Assembly: GCA_951804945.1 (NCBI GenBank)
Contig: OX638159.1
Coordinates: 3,162,001 to 3,226,000 of the forward strand
Length of the DNA stretch: 64,000 nt
Direction: 5' to 3'
Source of the DNA: Podarcis cretensis
Lineage: Eukaryota
Shown here: piece after piece, positions 12,890 through 26,686 of the stretch
Numbering within the stretch: the first letter of the stretch is position 1
Layout: each line of letters opens with the position of its first letter
Notes under the pieces: generated by a model
What the model was told of the DNA's origin: nothing
The model's input: the letters and a program-made list of their open reading frames with translations, nothing else
Databases searched by the model: none
Made by a program: the position numbers and the translations under genes

Positions 12890-14032
12890 GCGCAATTCTC
12901 TCCCCAATGCTTTTTAACATCTTTATGCGCCCCCTTGCCCAGATTACCCGGAGCTTTGGGCTGGGCTGTCACCAATATGCTGATGACACTCAGCTCTATC
13001 TGCTGATGGATGGCCACACCGACTCGGCCCCAGACACACTGACCAGATGCTTGGAAGCTGTGGCTGGATGGTTTCATGGGAGCCGATTGAAACTGAATCC
13101 TTCGAAGACAGAGGTCCTATGGCTGGGTCGGGATGGCATGGGGATGAGGGACCAACTCCCTTCTCTTGTGGGGGCCCAATTAGTGCCATTGCCTTCCGTT
13201 AAGAGTTTGGGTGTAATTCTTGACGCCTCCCTTTCCATGGAGGCACAGGTTACAGCAACAGCCAAGGCAACATTTTTCCACCATCAAGCAGTTGGTCCCT
13301 TACCTTTCCCGCCCCGACCTGTCCACAGTGATCCATGTGATGGTCATCTCCAGGCTTGACTACTGTAATTCGCTCTACGCGGGGCTGCCCTTGAAGTTGT
13401 CCCAGAAACTCCAGCGGGTGCAGAATGCTGCAGCGAGGCTCCTCACGGGGTCTCTGCCATGGGAGCATATTCACCCAGTGCTTTTCAAACTGCACTGGCT
13501 CCCGGTAGAATACAGGGTCAAATTTAAGGTGCTGCTTTTGACCTTTAAAGCCCTTCACGGCCTAGGACCCTCGTACCTATGGGACCGCCTCCCCCAGTAT
13601 GCCCCACGGAGAGCCTCAAGGTCCATAAATAACAACACCCTAGTGGTCCCGGGCCCTAAGGAAGTTAGATTAGCTTCAAACAGAGCCAGGGCCTTTTCAA
13701 CTCTGGCTCCGGCTTGGTGGAACGCTCTGCCTCATGAGACCAGGGCCCTGCAGGATCTGATTTCTTTCCGCAGGGCCTGTAAGACAGAGTTGTTCCGCCT
13801 GCCCTTTGGCTTGGAGCCAATTTGATTCCCTCCCTCCCTCTCTTTCTTTTTTCTTTTACTTCTCCTTCAATGAGGCATTTTAATATTTTAATGTTTCAAT
13901 ATTTTAATGTTGTATTTTAATTTTGTTTTAAGTTGTAATCATTCAACTTGTTTTTATTATTGCTTGTTAGCCGCCCTGAGCCCGGCCTTCGCTGGGGAGG
14001 GTGGGGTATAAATAAAAATTATTATTGTTATT
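12890..14032 (+). mobile_element. L2-clade LINE, 5'-truncated, relatively young
   Basis: GAILSPMLFNI..CHQYADDTQLY, LKLNPSKTE, SRLDYCNSL, LQRVQNAAAR, LHWLPV; frameshift at about 13280; (TTA)n tail; 8-bp flanking repeat ATTAAATG (12882-12889 / 14033-14040). Confidence 0.9.
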
Positions 14033-15284
14033 ATTAAATGCCATCACATAACTCGGGTGCTCAAAAGTTTGCCCAGATTCAGCATGCTTCTATGAACTTG
14101 CAAGGCCCTTAACAACTTGGACCCAGGATACCTCACAGAGCACCTAATACCTTATATTCCTGCCTGATTGCTGCAGTGTTTGGGGAGTCATTGTTAGTGG
14201 TGCCCCATGCATGACTTGTATCCGCCATGAGCCATGCATTCAGTTTTGTGGCACTAAGTGAAGATGGTTTTATTCCAGCAGGCATTTTAATTGACGTCTG
14301 CTTTTATAGTTTTAACCACTTTTTACCTTTTCTGCATTGCATTTCTTGTACACTGCTTAGAGATTATTGTAGCTATGTGGAATATAAATTGTTCAAATAC
14401 TAATATTAGTACTAGTACTAATAATAAGAATAATGATGAGTCCTGAGAAGTAATTCACTCATTAATAATCTGGGAAGGACAACCCTTCTGAGGGTGTGTT
14501 CTGGACTGAGATGACCCTGTGGCAAGCATCATCCTACTACAATACAGCCCTGCTTTTCATCAACAAAGGACAGCCTTTCTTTCTGCCACAGGAAGACATT
14601 TTGCGGGGCAGGGTGGGGGGAGGGCCTGGTAGTAGGCTCAGCTTGCACATAAAACTATGGGGTACATACATGGAGAACGCAGAAGCTCATACTACGTGTA
14701 TTTCATTTCTGCTGCATGTTTGGTTGTGTTCGGGGAAGCGCCCTGGAAACTCAAGTCTCCTAGTCTTTTATACTGTGCTCGACTGCTTAAAAAAAGGAAA
14801 ACCTTGCTGCTTCTATTTTTGCTGGTTTGGTTTCCATCTTGTATTTTTTTTAAAAAACAAAAACTTATTTTATACTGTGTTTATTTTGTGTAAGCTGCCT
14901 TGTGTACTTTTACAAAGGATGGGAGATCTAATTGGTAAACTTAAAAGCAGAAAGCTTTGAAATCTGAGCTCAGACTGCCAAAAACATAGAGCTCATTTGA
15001 TAGGGTCACCACTGAATTTCACTCAACATTGATTTCAGCAGAAGATGTGAGGCTCTGACCCCATGGAATAACTTTTGCAAACAGAAAAAGATGGGGGTTT
15101 TCAAAGTTCTATTTATTGAAGATTTCATAAAAAGCTAGGATTGTGAGCATTGCCCTTGAGCCAGTGCCACCAACTGGACTCACACACTTCAGCCCCGACT
15201 GGGCCAGGCAAGCTGGGTAGCACTTCCAGAGACCACCTTCTGCACAGGAACAGGTCAAAGTGCTGTGGACTCACAGCTTAGAGT

Positions 15285-15533
15285 TGTGAGCACCGGATTC
15301 ACTCCAACAAGAAGACAGTCGTCACACAGCAGAGTATAGCAGAGTATAGCAGAGCATATAAACGACTTGGAGAGCAGCTCTGTAGAATATCTTCTTTTAT
15401 TCTATCTACAACTATAATACACAACTATGTACAGAGCTAAATGAGGTCTAAATGAAAATGCTGAACTGCACTGAGTGTCTGCAGCTGCTCTTAGCAGCAA
15501 CCTTATCTATACACACGATCTCTCTCTAACACT

Positions 15534-15570
<37 letters not shown>

Positions 15571-15643
15571 GAGGCTGGAGCGGAATAAGTAGAGAGCAGA
15601 AACTGCCCCCTCCTCTCTTGAGAATCAGCAGAGAACATCAGCA
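15285..15643 (-). mobile_element. Probable solo LTR
   Basis: TG...CA bounded segment with AATAAA on the minus strand and an internal (TC)n; flanks GAGT/GATT give only an imperfect 4-bp TSD. Confidence 0.45.
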
Positions 15644-15772
15644 GATTCTTGGATATGGGAGGGGTGAAATCTCCTCAAGGATCACACCCCACCCCACCCC
15701 AAATAAACCCAAAATGGACAATGCCCCAAATTCCCTGTAGCCACTGTGCAATTGCAGGACATTAAATAAATA

Positions 15773-15775
<3 letters not shown>

Positions 15776-15805
<30 letters not shown>
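15776..15805. repeat. (TG)n microsatellite
   Basis: About 15 GT units read directly. Confidence 0.95.
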
Positions 15806-15807
<2 letters not shown>

Positions 15808-16197
15808 GGATGGGTGAATCTGCCCATTTCACCTTCTCTCAGTTTCTCATTCTTCCAATCTTAAGTTCAGTTCTGCACATTTTGACACTGTTTTGATTTT
15901 TCTTTTGAAGCACTCAGGAAATTCACCAGCATTTTAGTGTCAATTTATTCCAAAGTACACAGTTTTCTATGCAATTTTTTTGCAATGGAATTTTGTGTGT
16001 TGTTTTACTAATATATGTGTATTATGTGTACTTTACACGAGCCTGTGCATTTTGTATACATTATTTGGCTGGATAACCACAACAAAAATTCAGAGAACTA
16101 TAAATTTCTGAAGGATTACTGTATCAGTTTGCGAATTGTTTTGGAAAGTGTGATTTAAGAATATTCACCTTTAAATGTGAACTGAATCAAATTTCTC
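15806..16197 (+). repeat. Dispersed unclassified repeat; related copies at about 37480-37910 and 46788-46850
   Basis: Shared GGATGGGTGAATCTG...CAGTTTCTC...TCTTAAGTTCAG, and CCTTTAAATG in the two long copies. Confidence 0.65.
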
Positions 16198-19100
16198 CGT
16201 GTGTGTGTGAGAGAGAGAGAGTGTGTGTGTATCTTTGTGCATATTTGTGACTGCAGTGAAAACTTACTTTGTTTTAGCTCCAGCAATCTTAAATTGCTGG
16301 CCTCAGCTATTCTCGCCTTAAAATTATGAAAATATATTTCAGAACTGTTACAGTCTTCTCCCCCCCTTTTGCTTTCCCTCCCCTGCCATATCAACTTACA
16401 GCTCTCCTTCTTGTAATCTTCAAATTAGACATTTACTCAGTGCCCACTCCTCGTTCCTTTTTGCATTGCAATACATATTTATAGACCAGGAATTGCAGGG
16501 TACAGGGAAGGAGGATATATATGTGTGTGTTTTAATCTTCGTCCTCCTGAAAACAAGATAGAAATTCTGTGCACCATTTTAAAAAAAACAGCTAAGTTAT
16601 TTACATTTGCAGTTGTAACACCTTTTTAGCATTTGTTCCAGTATAGCTAATTGTCTAATATAAAACAGTCCTTGGCAGAAAGGCAAACTGTTTCTTCCTT
16701 ACAAGAAAAAGGTGCTAATGCACAGCACATACCCAATCCAGGTAACTGATGATTTGCTTATTTAACAAAGCTGATGTAACTAAGAAGGAACAGGTTGTAC
16801 CCCAAGGGCTTTTGTACGATACCACAAAGAAATATCAAAGAAATTTAAATGTATTCTCATTAAACGTGGTGGCCCAGTTTCCAGGGCACAGCGCTGAATC
16901 ATCCCAATCCATTCCATGAGAGTAAACTTCTAGTGACTTTCTTGAGAACGGATCCAAAAGGAAGCCCTTCAACCCAGTTGCCTGAGGGAAATGGCATCCG
17001 GCTCTCCTATCTGAGCTTGCTTGCAGCTTCAGGTATAAAAGAACAAATTAAGTTCTGCTCCTGCCCATTACAGAAAGGTCTAAAGATGCATTAAACTGTG
17101 TTTTTTTTTTGGGGGGGGGGATGATACCAAATCCCTTATTTGCATTTCATTTCTTATTACATTTTGGATCCCACCTTCCCCCCCAAGGCGTTCAACACAG
17201 TTCCCCTTCTCATTTTACCTCACAACAACCCCATGAGGTAGGTTAGGTTAAGAGACAGTGACTGGTCTCATTTTGAGGGGCAAAAGAGGTACTTTAAGTA
17301 CAGAATCTCGATGCCCTGTACAGCTTCCTCCTTCTATACTGATTAGATGTCAGGTCAAATCCACCCAAGATCTTGCTATGCTCATGGCATATGTGTCAGA
17401 AACAATGCTTTGTGGGGGGACGGACAATGACGACAGAGATCACTGAGATAAAGAGGCAGAGGGAACTGCCAAGGTACAACAATTATACGGAGTCTCCTCT
17501 GACCAGCAGGAACTCTTTAGGATCTTGGGCAAGGCTATTTTCAGCTCTGCCACAAGAGAGCCTTTCATTGATTCTATTAAGGTCCTTAATAGAGTCAACT
17601 GCCCCGAAAAAAATGGGACTTCCATTTTTTTCTTGCAAGAGGACAGCAGCTAAAACGGTTACTGTGATCTTGTGTGATTTTGGGCTGCACGTTTTGGGGG
17701 CACTATGCCCAAAAACATGTTTTGGGGCACTGTGCAAGATTGCTGCCCTGAAAATCCAATTCAGGGTATTGATCTTGTGTGGTGCCCCAAAACACATGTT
17801 TTTCAGCAAGGTTCCAGAAAAAAGTGTTTTTGGGGGAGCAGTGATCTGGTGCAGGTCATGTGAAGTGCATGGAAGTGTGGACCTGGAAGATGGCATCCCA
17901 GACTTGGGCTGCATTAAATTGGAAGGTATGCCTTTATCTATACCTCCAGGATCGAGAACCTCACGCGGAGTCTACTGTACAAAAATACAATTTACATTCA
18001 TTGCTCTGTCCACCTTTGCCCCTGACCCTGCCCACCACCGGCCCCCAGAAGGTTGTCTAGAAGGGAATGTGGCCCTCAGGCTGAAAAAAAGGCCTTCTAG
18101 CCCTGATCTCACACAAAATATCCGTCTTCAGGCATTCCTTTAGTGTTAGTTGACAAGTGAGAAGACAGCTCACTGTCTCAGCCTCCCCTCCTTCACCCTT
18201 TTCATCACCTTCCAGTTCATGGAGGGCAACTATCTACGGCCTTTTGAAACTGGAGGATCTCCTACATCTTAGAACCCTGAATAATTGAGCTTTTATGGGG
18301 GCTGTGTGACCCCATAAAGAACTCTGTCTTCCTGCTTCCATGAGCAGATTAGTCTCTAGGATGTGCATCAGTGTTTGAAGGGAAAGAGGTCCTTCTGGGC
18401 TGATAGTAGCATCTCAAGATAGCCAAGCAGTTGCTGAGGACCCAGCATCCCTGGAGGACACAACAGCATTTGAGTTGGCCTATCTGTCAGCTCCATTGCT
18501 TTGGCAGTTGTGGCCAGGGGAGGAGGCACCATTAGGATGTGCCACAGAGCTTTATGGGAACATCAAAACAAGTGAGCCGCAGACACTAACCCACCCCAGA
18601 TTGCTGTAGTGCTATGGCTCCTTGCTGCAACATTATTGCCACTGAGATGAGGCGGAGCCTATGCCCGGGCATGCCCCCTGAGTGACTTATTTCGGGAGCT
18701 CTCACATCTGGAGCTAGTTCTCTGACTAACTAAAGATCACGCACAACACTTGTAGAGAAACCTATGTAAGCCTGTACCTAACATTCATTCTGCTGTGGTT
18801 CTACCCTATGTAATATAATATATAGCCTATGATTATCAGAATATGATAATTCAAAAATCTAAATGACTAAATCATGAATATCTCATACTGTATTCTTCTA
18901 AGGCTATTTTAAGAACTGAAGAGAAAGCTGTTGAATTGTACATGTACGTATGTCCATTCTATATAACATCAGATGTAGTCTTGTATGTGAACCTATTTAT
19001 TTGCTATGGCCAGATGTTCAGAAGCCCCATGACTGCTTTGCATCAGTCTAGCCATCAGTGTGAATGTTCATGTCATATATGGCTACGTCCTACTGACTAG

Positions 19101-19771
19101 AGTTCAATTAGCATCGCTGCCAGGTGAAAGGAGGTTTGTCACTGGTTGAAATTGACACCTAGGCTGTGCTGGTATTTATACCCCTCAGTGCTTGTGTGCA
19201 TGCAATGATATATAGATTGTGCTGATAAAGGAATTACATTGATATACTTGTCCCGTGTCCCCGTTCTTACAAAACTGCCAGAATGAATGATTGCTTAATG
19301 ACCCAACTGCACGATATATTTCATGCAGTTGTTAGGAAACCCCTATTCCCCTCCCAGAGCGACAATTCCCAGAGTGATCTAATAATGAATCCCTCTTACC
19401 AGGGAACTCTGGGAATTGTAGCTCTGTGAAGGGACTAGGGCTCTCCTAACAACTCTCAGCACCCTACAGTTCCTTTTCTTCTTGTTTTTGAAAAGCCATG
19501 ACTGGCACAATACTGCTCTAATGTAAACTGCAAGTCCACCTAGTGAGCTTTAATAGATGAGAAAGAAGTTCAAACCAGATTTCCCAGGTTCAAACTCACA
19601 CTGCTCAAGATGCTATACCACAGTGTTCTGCTTTTGACAGCCATGACAACCATGAGAGGCAGATTTGTGTCCAAATCCTTTTGAATTTTTTACTGCCCTG
19701 GACTATTCTTAGAGATTGTCTTTAGAAAATGGCTTTATATCTGTCTATCTATAATAGCTATCAGTCTATAT

Positions 19772-20060
19772 TGTGTGCAACCCTAATTTCCAAGTGATGA
19801 AGGATTCTAGAGGTTCAAGCGCTTACCCAAGGTTCAGTTTCCTTGGGATGAAGGTTAACAGAGACGGTGGCATCTTGATGATGCATTGTTTTATTTACAC
19901 ATGTATACAACCTGAGCGAAGGATGGAGAGTTTCCCAGCATTGATGCTCCAGCTGATCTTGCTTCCCCATTAGGCTACCTAAGAAGCCCTAAGTCACCAT
20001 TTAGCTTCAGTACAGAGCAAGACATGCCTCTGTCTCTCCAGCTTCCAGTCCAAACTCACC
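19772..20060 (-). mobile_element. Possible LTR remnant
   Basis: Begins with TGTG on the plus strand; minus-strand AATAAA at about 19890; right boundary and TSD not identified. Confidence 0.3.
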
Positions 20061-23000
20061 CACACTACTTTCCTAATGATCTCCATCCTGGGATGATGGT
20101 GGCATCCAACCAGGTGAAGTGAGAAAAGGTCCACCCGTTTGACCAGGGCCGTGCAGAGCTTGTCTGAGGACACAGGCGGCAGTCTTGTTGGTTATAAACT
20201 CAAACAAATAAGCAGTTGGTGCCTGGCACCCTCTGAGGCCAGGGGCGTGTGCATCTGGCTCTCTGGCTCCCCTGCATGGGCCTGAATTTGACTCTATGGC
20301 AACAGAATTCACTCTTTGGATGTGAATGGTGGGTACTTAGCTGAGCAGCTCAAACTGTTCCCTTGACAAAGTGGCCTGACCACTTCAGCAAGCTTCCTCC
20401 TATGGTTATAGTCTTTATAGCTACGGTATATTCTGGTTAGAACTACAGTCGCCAATCCCTTATTCCAAAAGAGCCCCACTGACTTACATGGAGCTATTCT
20501 GAAGCAGGGGCTTTCAGCATTACAATGCAGGCATATTAATAAGTCTCCTCCTTGATCATATTTCCCCAAGGCTCCTCTTCTCCCCACCCAAGAATCCAGT
20601 GCTGAGATACAGAAGCAGCCATGTCTTGTACATCTGTCTTGCCTTTCTTTGGTGTTCATGTGAAAGGAAAACCTGATTCTTTTTTCAGACATGGCTGATA
20701 CATTTCTGAACAGCTTGTGTATCTATCTGCCTTTGCTATGCTGACGTAATGGGAAGGCCTGTTTCACTAGCAATTTGCTTGATATATCCCATCCTAAGCA
20801 TTTTAAATATGTACGTCTTAGTAGGCTGTGATGGCAGTTCATTTATTAATTTATGTTATTTTGAAGAACCTCCTCTCCCTCCACCCCAGTATTACATAAA
20901 GCAAAACTCAAGAGCTCTGTCTTCAAAAGGCTTATTTTAATAAATATAAATGCACAAAAGAATGCATTTATATTAATTTTTTATTAGAGATCATCTCCTG
21001 CATGCAACAGAAGCTCACATTCATAGCCTATGTATTTGGTATGCATCATTAAATTTAAACACACAAACATGTGTGTGTGTTGTGTATCTAGATCTGATGG
21101 TTAAAAAAGATATTTTCCACATCTGAGGGATCTTATAAAATATATTTTAATTTTTAATTCACTTCTTTTAAGTGCAAAAATATCTGTTTTTCTGTGTACT
21201 TCTCAGGGTTTAAGGGTAAAAAAAAAAATTGCAATGATGAGAATGCCAGAATCCGTTATCTGATTGTTTAACCTTAAGCCAACTCAGGTGTGAAAACTGT
21301 GGATGTAACTTTGAGAAATCATTTTGAATGTGACAGCAAAATTACTGTGTTGTGTTTGTAGGGGGGCTTTTTTTGTCATGGTGTTACCCGACAGAAACAA
21401 TTCCTATATTATTCCTTACAGTGACAGTCTGAAAAAGAAATATGTAGGCTTCTAAGAGGCGAGATTTTGCTGATGCTGCTTTTATGGAGCTTTTGTTCAC
21501 AAAGGGAATATGCCACAGTTAAAAGCAGTGAAGTCGTAAGACAGAGGAACTAGGAAGTGTGCCAGTAGCTTCTCTAGTGTGGCGAAGAAGCATGTGTGTG
21601 CATATGTGCATGTGAAAGAGAAAGGGGGGAGCTTTCTCTGGTTGTGCATCTATGTGTGCATATGAGTGTGCATGAGCTGTTGCAGACAAAAACAGAATAG
21701 CAGCCAGAGAGCACAGGACTTAGACAATGTGCCACTGAGCTCAATAAATCTATACAATTTCTTTATACCCTGCAAGGTCATAGATGATGCTGACATTGGT
21801 CTCCTAGCAACACACTCTACTAACCTACTTTTTCCCCAATCATTGGAGATATGGGACGAATGCTCTGAGCAGTATTTCAACATGTGGGGGTGGGTGGGGA
21901 TAAAATCAATGCAATGTCACTGCACTTGTGCAACATGCTTAAAAAGATAGGGAACATGGATTTCCATGGGTTCAGTTTCTATTTGCACCAAACAATATGC
22001 TCCAGTTTAAAAGATTCAACCCCTAAGCCCTCAAATCTTTGTTCAACTTTAAAAATACTGTTTCATTGAATAAAAGCTCGACATTTTGAGCTTTTTGTAT
22101 ATAAGCTTGAATTGATACATGTTACACCTGCAGTTTGGGCTTTAAATTGTTGACAACATTAATCCTATAGAATAATGTGCCAAACCTCACCCACACAGTG
22201 TTGGGGGAAGAAAAAAATGGGAGCATCAAAGGATCAATGTGTCAGTTTCTAGCACTTTTGAATTTGCTGTACCTGTGACAATTTTTATCAGATCCGTTTG
22301 AAATTTGGCACATTTGTAAAGGTCATCAACTAGATCATGTATCCACGCATGCGTGCGCACGCACGCACGTGCGCGCACACACACACAGCTCAAGGTGATG
22401 CACAATGAAAACCTCTGAAACTCACACAAAAACACCAGCAGCTAAATTGAAAACAAAGCTAAACACTAAATAGATATCCATGGCAGAGACCCATTCATCC
22501 AGCTTGGAAAGCCTGTTGAGACAGAAAGATCTACAATTGTTTCCAGTTGTGGGTGCCTGTCACACCTCGAGAAGAAGGCAATCCCACAGAACTGGGGAAG
22601 CCCCACTGTCAGTAGCTTAACAGGTACAGAATTGTTTCCCATAATTTAATGATGGACTTGTGAAATGCTTCTAAAAAATTCAGTGTCTTTGTATATATTC
22701 ATTTGACAATATAGCCTGAGAGAGAATATGCCTATTCTTTAAATAAGAGTGTGATAAGAGTAATCCAGCCCTGCGCCACCCCTGCTCCCTCACACAATAT
22801 AGTCACCAACAGCATAAGTAGACCAATGATTGCCTTGATCGTCAGTGCCAGCCATGTGTGCTGCTGCTGCATCTGATATGCAACTGTACAGTATAGTTAA
22901 TGCAGGTTGGATGTACAACTCCACTAGTACAGACATAGCCAAAGGCACAATCCACTTACTCCAGGGCAATTCAATTGACTTAATAGGATTCATTGATCAT

Positions 23001-23304
23001 AAGTCCAAATACATCTCTTTCAAACTGAGCAATGTTATTTCTGAAGTAGCCACCGTATTTTGCCATGTACAATAGCTGAAAATCAAATATCCCATCAAAA
23101 GGACCAAATGTGTGTGTGTGTGTGTTTCTGTGACATTATCCCTACAAGATGGCAGCTTAGCCCATACCTTTCTAAACCCTAATGATGAATGGTTTAATTA
23201 AATAACTCCCCAGTGACAATAGCACCTTCACTTCAGAAAAGGGATATATATAATATATAGCATCCTTGCAATAGTCACTATGTACAAAATTTGTGTTTGG
23301 TGTT

Positions 23305-23474
23305 TCATAGAATCATAGAATCATAGAGTTGGAATAGACCACAAGGGCCATCGAGTCCAACCCCCTGCCAAGCAGGAAACGCCATCAGAGCACTCCTGAC
23401 ATATGGTTGTCAAGCCTCTGCTTAAAGACCTCCAAAGAAGGAGACTCCACCACACTCCTTGGCAGCAAATTCCA
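23305..23474 (-). mobile_element. CR1 3' end, same young subfamily as 2753-2965
   Basis: Near-identical reverse complement of the 3' part of the first CR1, including the (TTCTATGA)3 tail. Confidence 0.9.
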
Positions 23475-23989
23475 AGAGAGTTTCCTTGTACTCTCATTTC
23501 TTTGTGTCCAACTTTATAAGCACAATAGCGGTTCTGCATTGTGTTTAAGTTCTGTAAGTTAAACATTTACCTGAGAATCTCATTTGCCAAAATATCAGTG
23601 CCCCCACCACATGTTAAAAGTCCCCTTTATCTTTATGACATATTCAGCACTTTCCACCTCTCACTTTACTTTATCATTTTGTTTTTCCATGGAATCCATA
23701 AACATTGAGTCACTATTTTAATACCACTTTCTTTATCATTCATCACTCCTGGGAAGTTTGAAGCTTTTTGAAATAAAAATTCCTATACCTCTCTTGGATT
23801 TTTTTATTCATATCATTATTACATGCTAACATACTGTATGTTTATGTACTACCTCTGTTTTTAATAATAATTTGGTACATCTTAGAGAAACAGACTGATT
23901 TATCTTTTTCTAAAATTATTTCAAACTCTATCTTTTCTCTCCATTATCTTATGACTCATTCTATCCAGGAAGGTTCAGATTTCTACATG

Positions 23990-24231
23990 CAGTGGTACCT
24001 CGGGTTACATACGCTTCAGGTTACATATGCTTCAGTTTACAGACTCTGCTACCCCAGAAATATTACCTCGGGTTAAGAACTTTGCTTCAGGATGAGAACA
24101 GAAATCGTGTTCCGGTGGCACGGCAGCAGCGGGAGACCCCATTAGCTAAAGTGGTGCTTCAGGTTAAGAACAGTTTCAGGTTAATAATGGACCTCCAGAA
24201 CGAATTAAGTACTTAACCCGAGGTTCCACTC
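23990..24231. mobile_element. Tc1/mariner (Tigger-like) MITE, copy 1
   Basis: TIR CAGTGGTACCTCGGGTTA ... TAACCCGAGGTTCCACTC; homologous to 53525-53766 and 60547-60772. Confidence 0.85.
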
Positions 24232-25762
24232 TATTGGTAACTGGGTGGGGTTATCTTCATTATATTTGTCACAGGTTCATATATTGATATGCCTTTCCAG
24301 TGTTGGAAGGTTTCTATTATATGTTCCTTCCATATCTGGAACTTTCCCAAATTAGTGCCATCTCTTTTAAATCACCTGCTATTTTATGAAGAAAATAAAT
24401 TTGTCATATTGAAAGAGTGAAAAAATAAAGATTTATATTTGTTGAAAGCTTTTTATATAGGCATTAGACCAAAATCAGGAGATCAACCCAAAATGCAACT
24501 TGCAGAACTTGATTCCAAATTGTTCAAGAATTACACCTAATGGCAGTTCCAGAAGTGGTCAATCAGGCCACAAGACTGCCCTAGAAATACGATAGACACA
24601 AAAGGAATAGCGAATAAAGTTGTCTGAAATATATAAAATCCCAAAATTCCTGGTTTTAGAACTGTGGTTATGTTTTGAGTTTTGCCTTATTCCTGTAGTT
24701 CTTTTTTCAAAGTTGTCACTTTACTTAAATCTCTGACCGGTTCCAGTGTGTTTCTAACAGACTTGACAAAACAATAGTTAAAGACATTGATTTAATTGTA
24801 AATATTTGAAGTATTCTTTCTTCATTTAGATGATTTCTAACCAGTACTTCAATAAAAATAATAATAATCCTAGAGTGATGATACTATGTTGCTACAGGTA
24901 CAAGACAGCATTTGGTAGGTAGGCATACATTTGCCTATTTGCATTTTAACACAAAATATAAGAGCAACATATTTCATCTGCAAAGAGATTTACACACAAA
25001 CACCTCCCAAAAATAGTGTTACATAAGAGATTAGTTTTGCTGGTCTTGGCCTGTGCCTTGCCTCTTGGATGCATATACTGCAGCTGCTAAAATTAAGACA
25101 AAGCTCCTGCCATCACTTATAAAACTCTGCTACCTCTTTTGATCCTCACAGAAGACAAAAGGTTCATAGTGAGATTTTGCCTCTTCCCAGGGTGGGAAGA
25201 GGGAGCCCATTTTCAGTATTTAAAGGAATTAAGGGGCTGCTGCAAGAGATAAGCAGTCTTTACAAAAGCAGCGCCAATTGTTTATTGTGCTGACTGTAGC
25301 AATGAAAGAAATTCTCCTTCGAAGCACAAAACAAGGATCCTTTAAGGTAGTCTTGGCAACAACTTGCACTTGTTTTTTCACACCTGCTATTAGTTTCCCT
25401 GGGTCTCTTTCTCCTCACCTGAGTGGCTAGTGTAGTTTGGAAAGCCATCATATTCTATCTGTAATGAGAGCTATGTTTTTTGTAAGGAGGGTAAAAACAG
25501 AGTTTGGATTGAGGAGGTTTGAAAGATTACTATCTTTTTTTTAATTGTATGATTGTCTCTCCAGCTTCTTCAAATATTTGTTCTAGAAAAAACAATGAGT
25601 TGGCTTAGTCTGTGTTTGCCTTCTTTCATATTCAAATATTTGAGCCAAGTTCCACTACTTTCCAAAAATGGTATACAAAGCCTCCTTAAGTCTTATTTCT
25701 GAAATCCTAAAGAGCAAACCCTTCATTTTCAAACTGTGCCTCCAAAGATGTTTCACTTTCTC

Positions 25763-26686
25763 TTTTTTTTAAATAATATTTATTAAATTTTAGTTTAACA
25801 ATAAAATACATAGATAATAACACAATCTTTTCCAAAATCCACATTTCATATTCATCTTTGGACTTCCTCACAACCCTTGTTCCTGCTTTCTAAACTCATA
25901 AATTTTACCAGCAAATTATTAACTTGGTTAATATAATATAATATAATTTTCCAATATTAATCTCAAATTTTGGGATTTAACATACTCTTATTAAAACTTA
26001 ATCATAAAATGTTACTTATCCAAAATTTATCTTTTCGTCTTCCAATTAAATTTAAATTTATATTCTTTATAACTAGTTTGTTGAAGCCATGTTTTTGCTA
26101 ATCTTACATCTTTCTTAACATTCATACAATTTACAATATTTTTGTAGATAGTCCTTGAATTTCTTCCAGTCTTCCTCCACCAGTTCTTCTCCCAGGTCTC
26201 GGATTCTGCCCGTCTATATAGTCTATCAGTTGCATCTGCCATTCTTCCAGTGTGGGTAATTCTTGAGTTTTCCAGCTTTTTGCGATGAGTATCCTTGCTG
26301 CTTTGTGGGACGCAGGTGGCGCTGTGGGTTAAAGCCTCAGCGCCTAGGACTTGCCGATCGAAAGGTCGGCGGTTCGAATCCCTGCGGCGGGGTGCGCTCC
26401 CGCTGCTCGGTCCCAGCGCCTGCCAACCTAGCAGTTCGAAAGCACCTCCGGGTGCAAGTAGATAAATAGGGACCGCTTACCAGCGGGAAGGTAAACGGCG
26501 TTTCCGTGTGCGGCTCTGGCTCGCCAGAGCAGCGATGTCATGCTGGCCACATGACCCGGAAGTGTCTCCAGACAGCGCTGGCCCCTGGCCTCTTAAGTGA
26601 GATGGGCGCACAACCCCAGAGTCTGTCAAGACTGGCCCGTACGGGCAGGGGTACCTTTACCTTTACCTTTATCCTTGCTGCTGTTG
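25763..26686 (-). mobile_element. 5'-truncated L1 (ORF2 C-terminus + 3'UTR + poly-A) with 17-bp TSD, interrupted by a SINE
   Basis: Minus strand encodes AARILIAKSWKTQELPTLEEWQMQLIDY; poly-T at 25763; TSD AGATGTTTCACTTTCTC at 25746-25762 and 26687-26703. Confidence 0.85.
26307..26670 (+). mobile_element. Sauria SINE (young, CpG-rich subfamily)
   Basis: A box GTGGCGCTGTGG, B box GGTTCGAATCC, (ACCTTT)3 tail, 13-bp TSD TATCCTTGCTGCT (26290-26302 / 26670-26682). Confidence 0.95.

Noticed and set aside
17234-17252. let-7-like seed TGAGGTAG
   Set aside because: No mature-miRNA match beyond about 11 nt and no hairpin seen; context looks like an old SINE
17373-18143. 256-aa ORF
   Set aside because: No recognisable domain; crosses short internal repeats (TTTTGGGGCAC/GCCCCAAAA) and a probable hAT-like end; likely a chance ORF
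18655-18678. p53-like site GCCTATGCCC-GGGCATGCCC
   Set aside because: Only one half-site fits the consensus; the other has three mismatches including the core C
26307-26400. tRNA gene
   Set aside because: The A/B boxes belong to the SINE head; no complete cloverleaf
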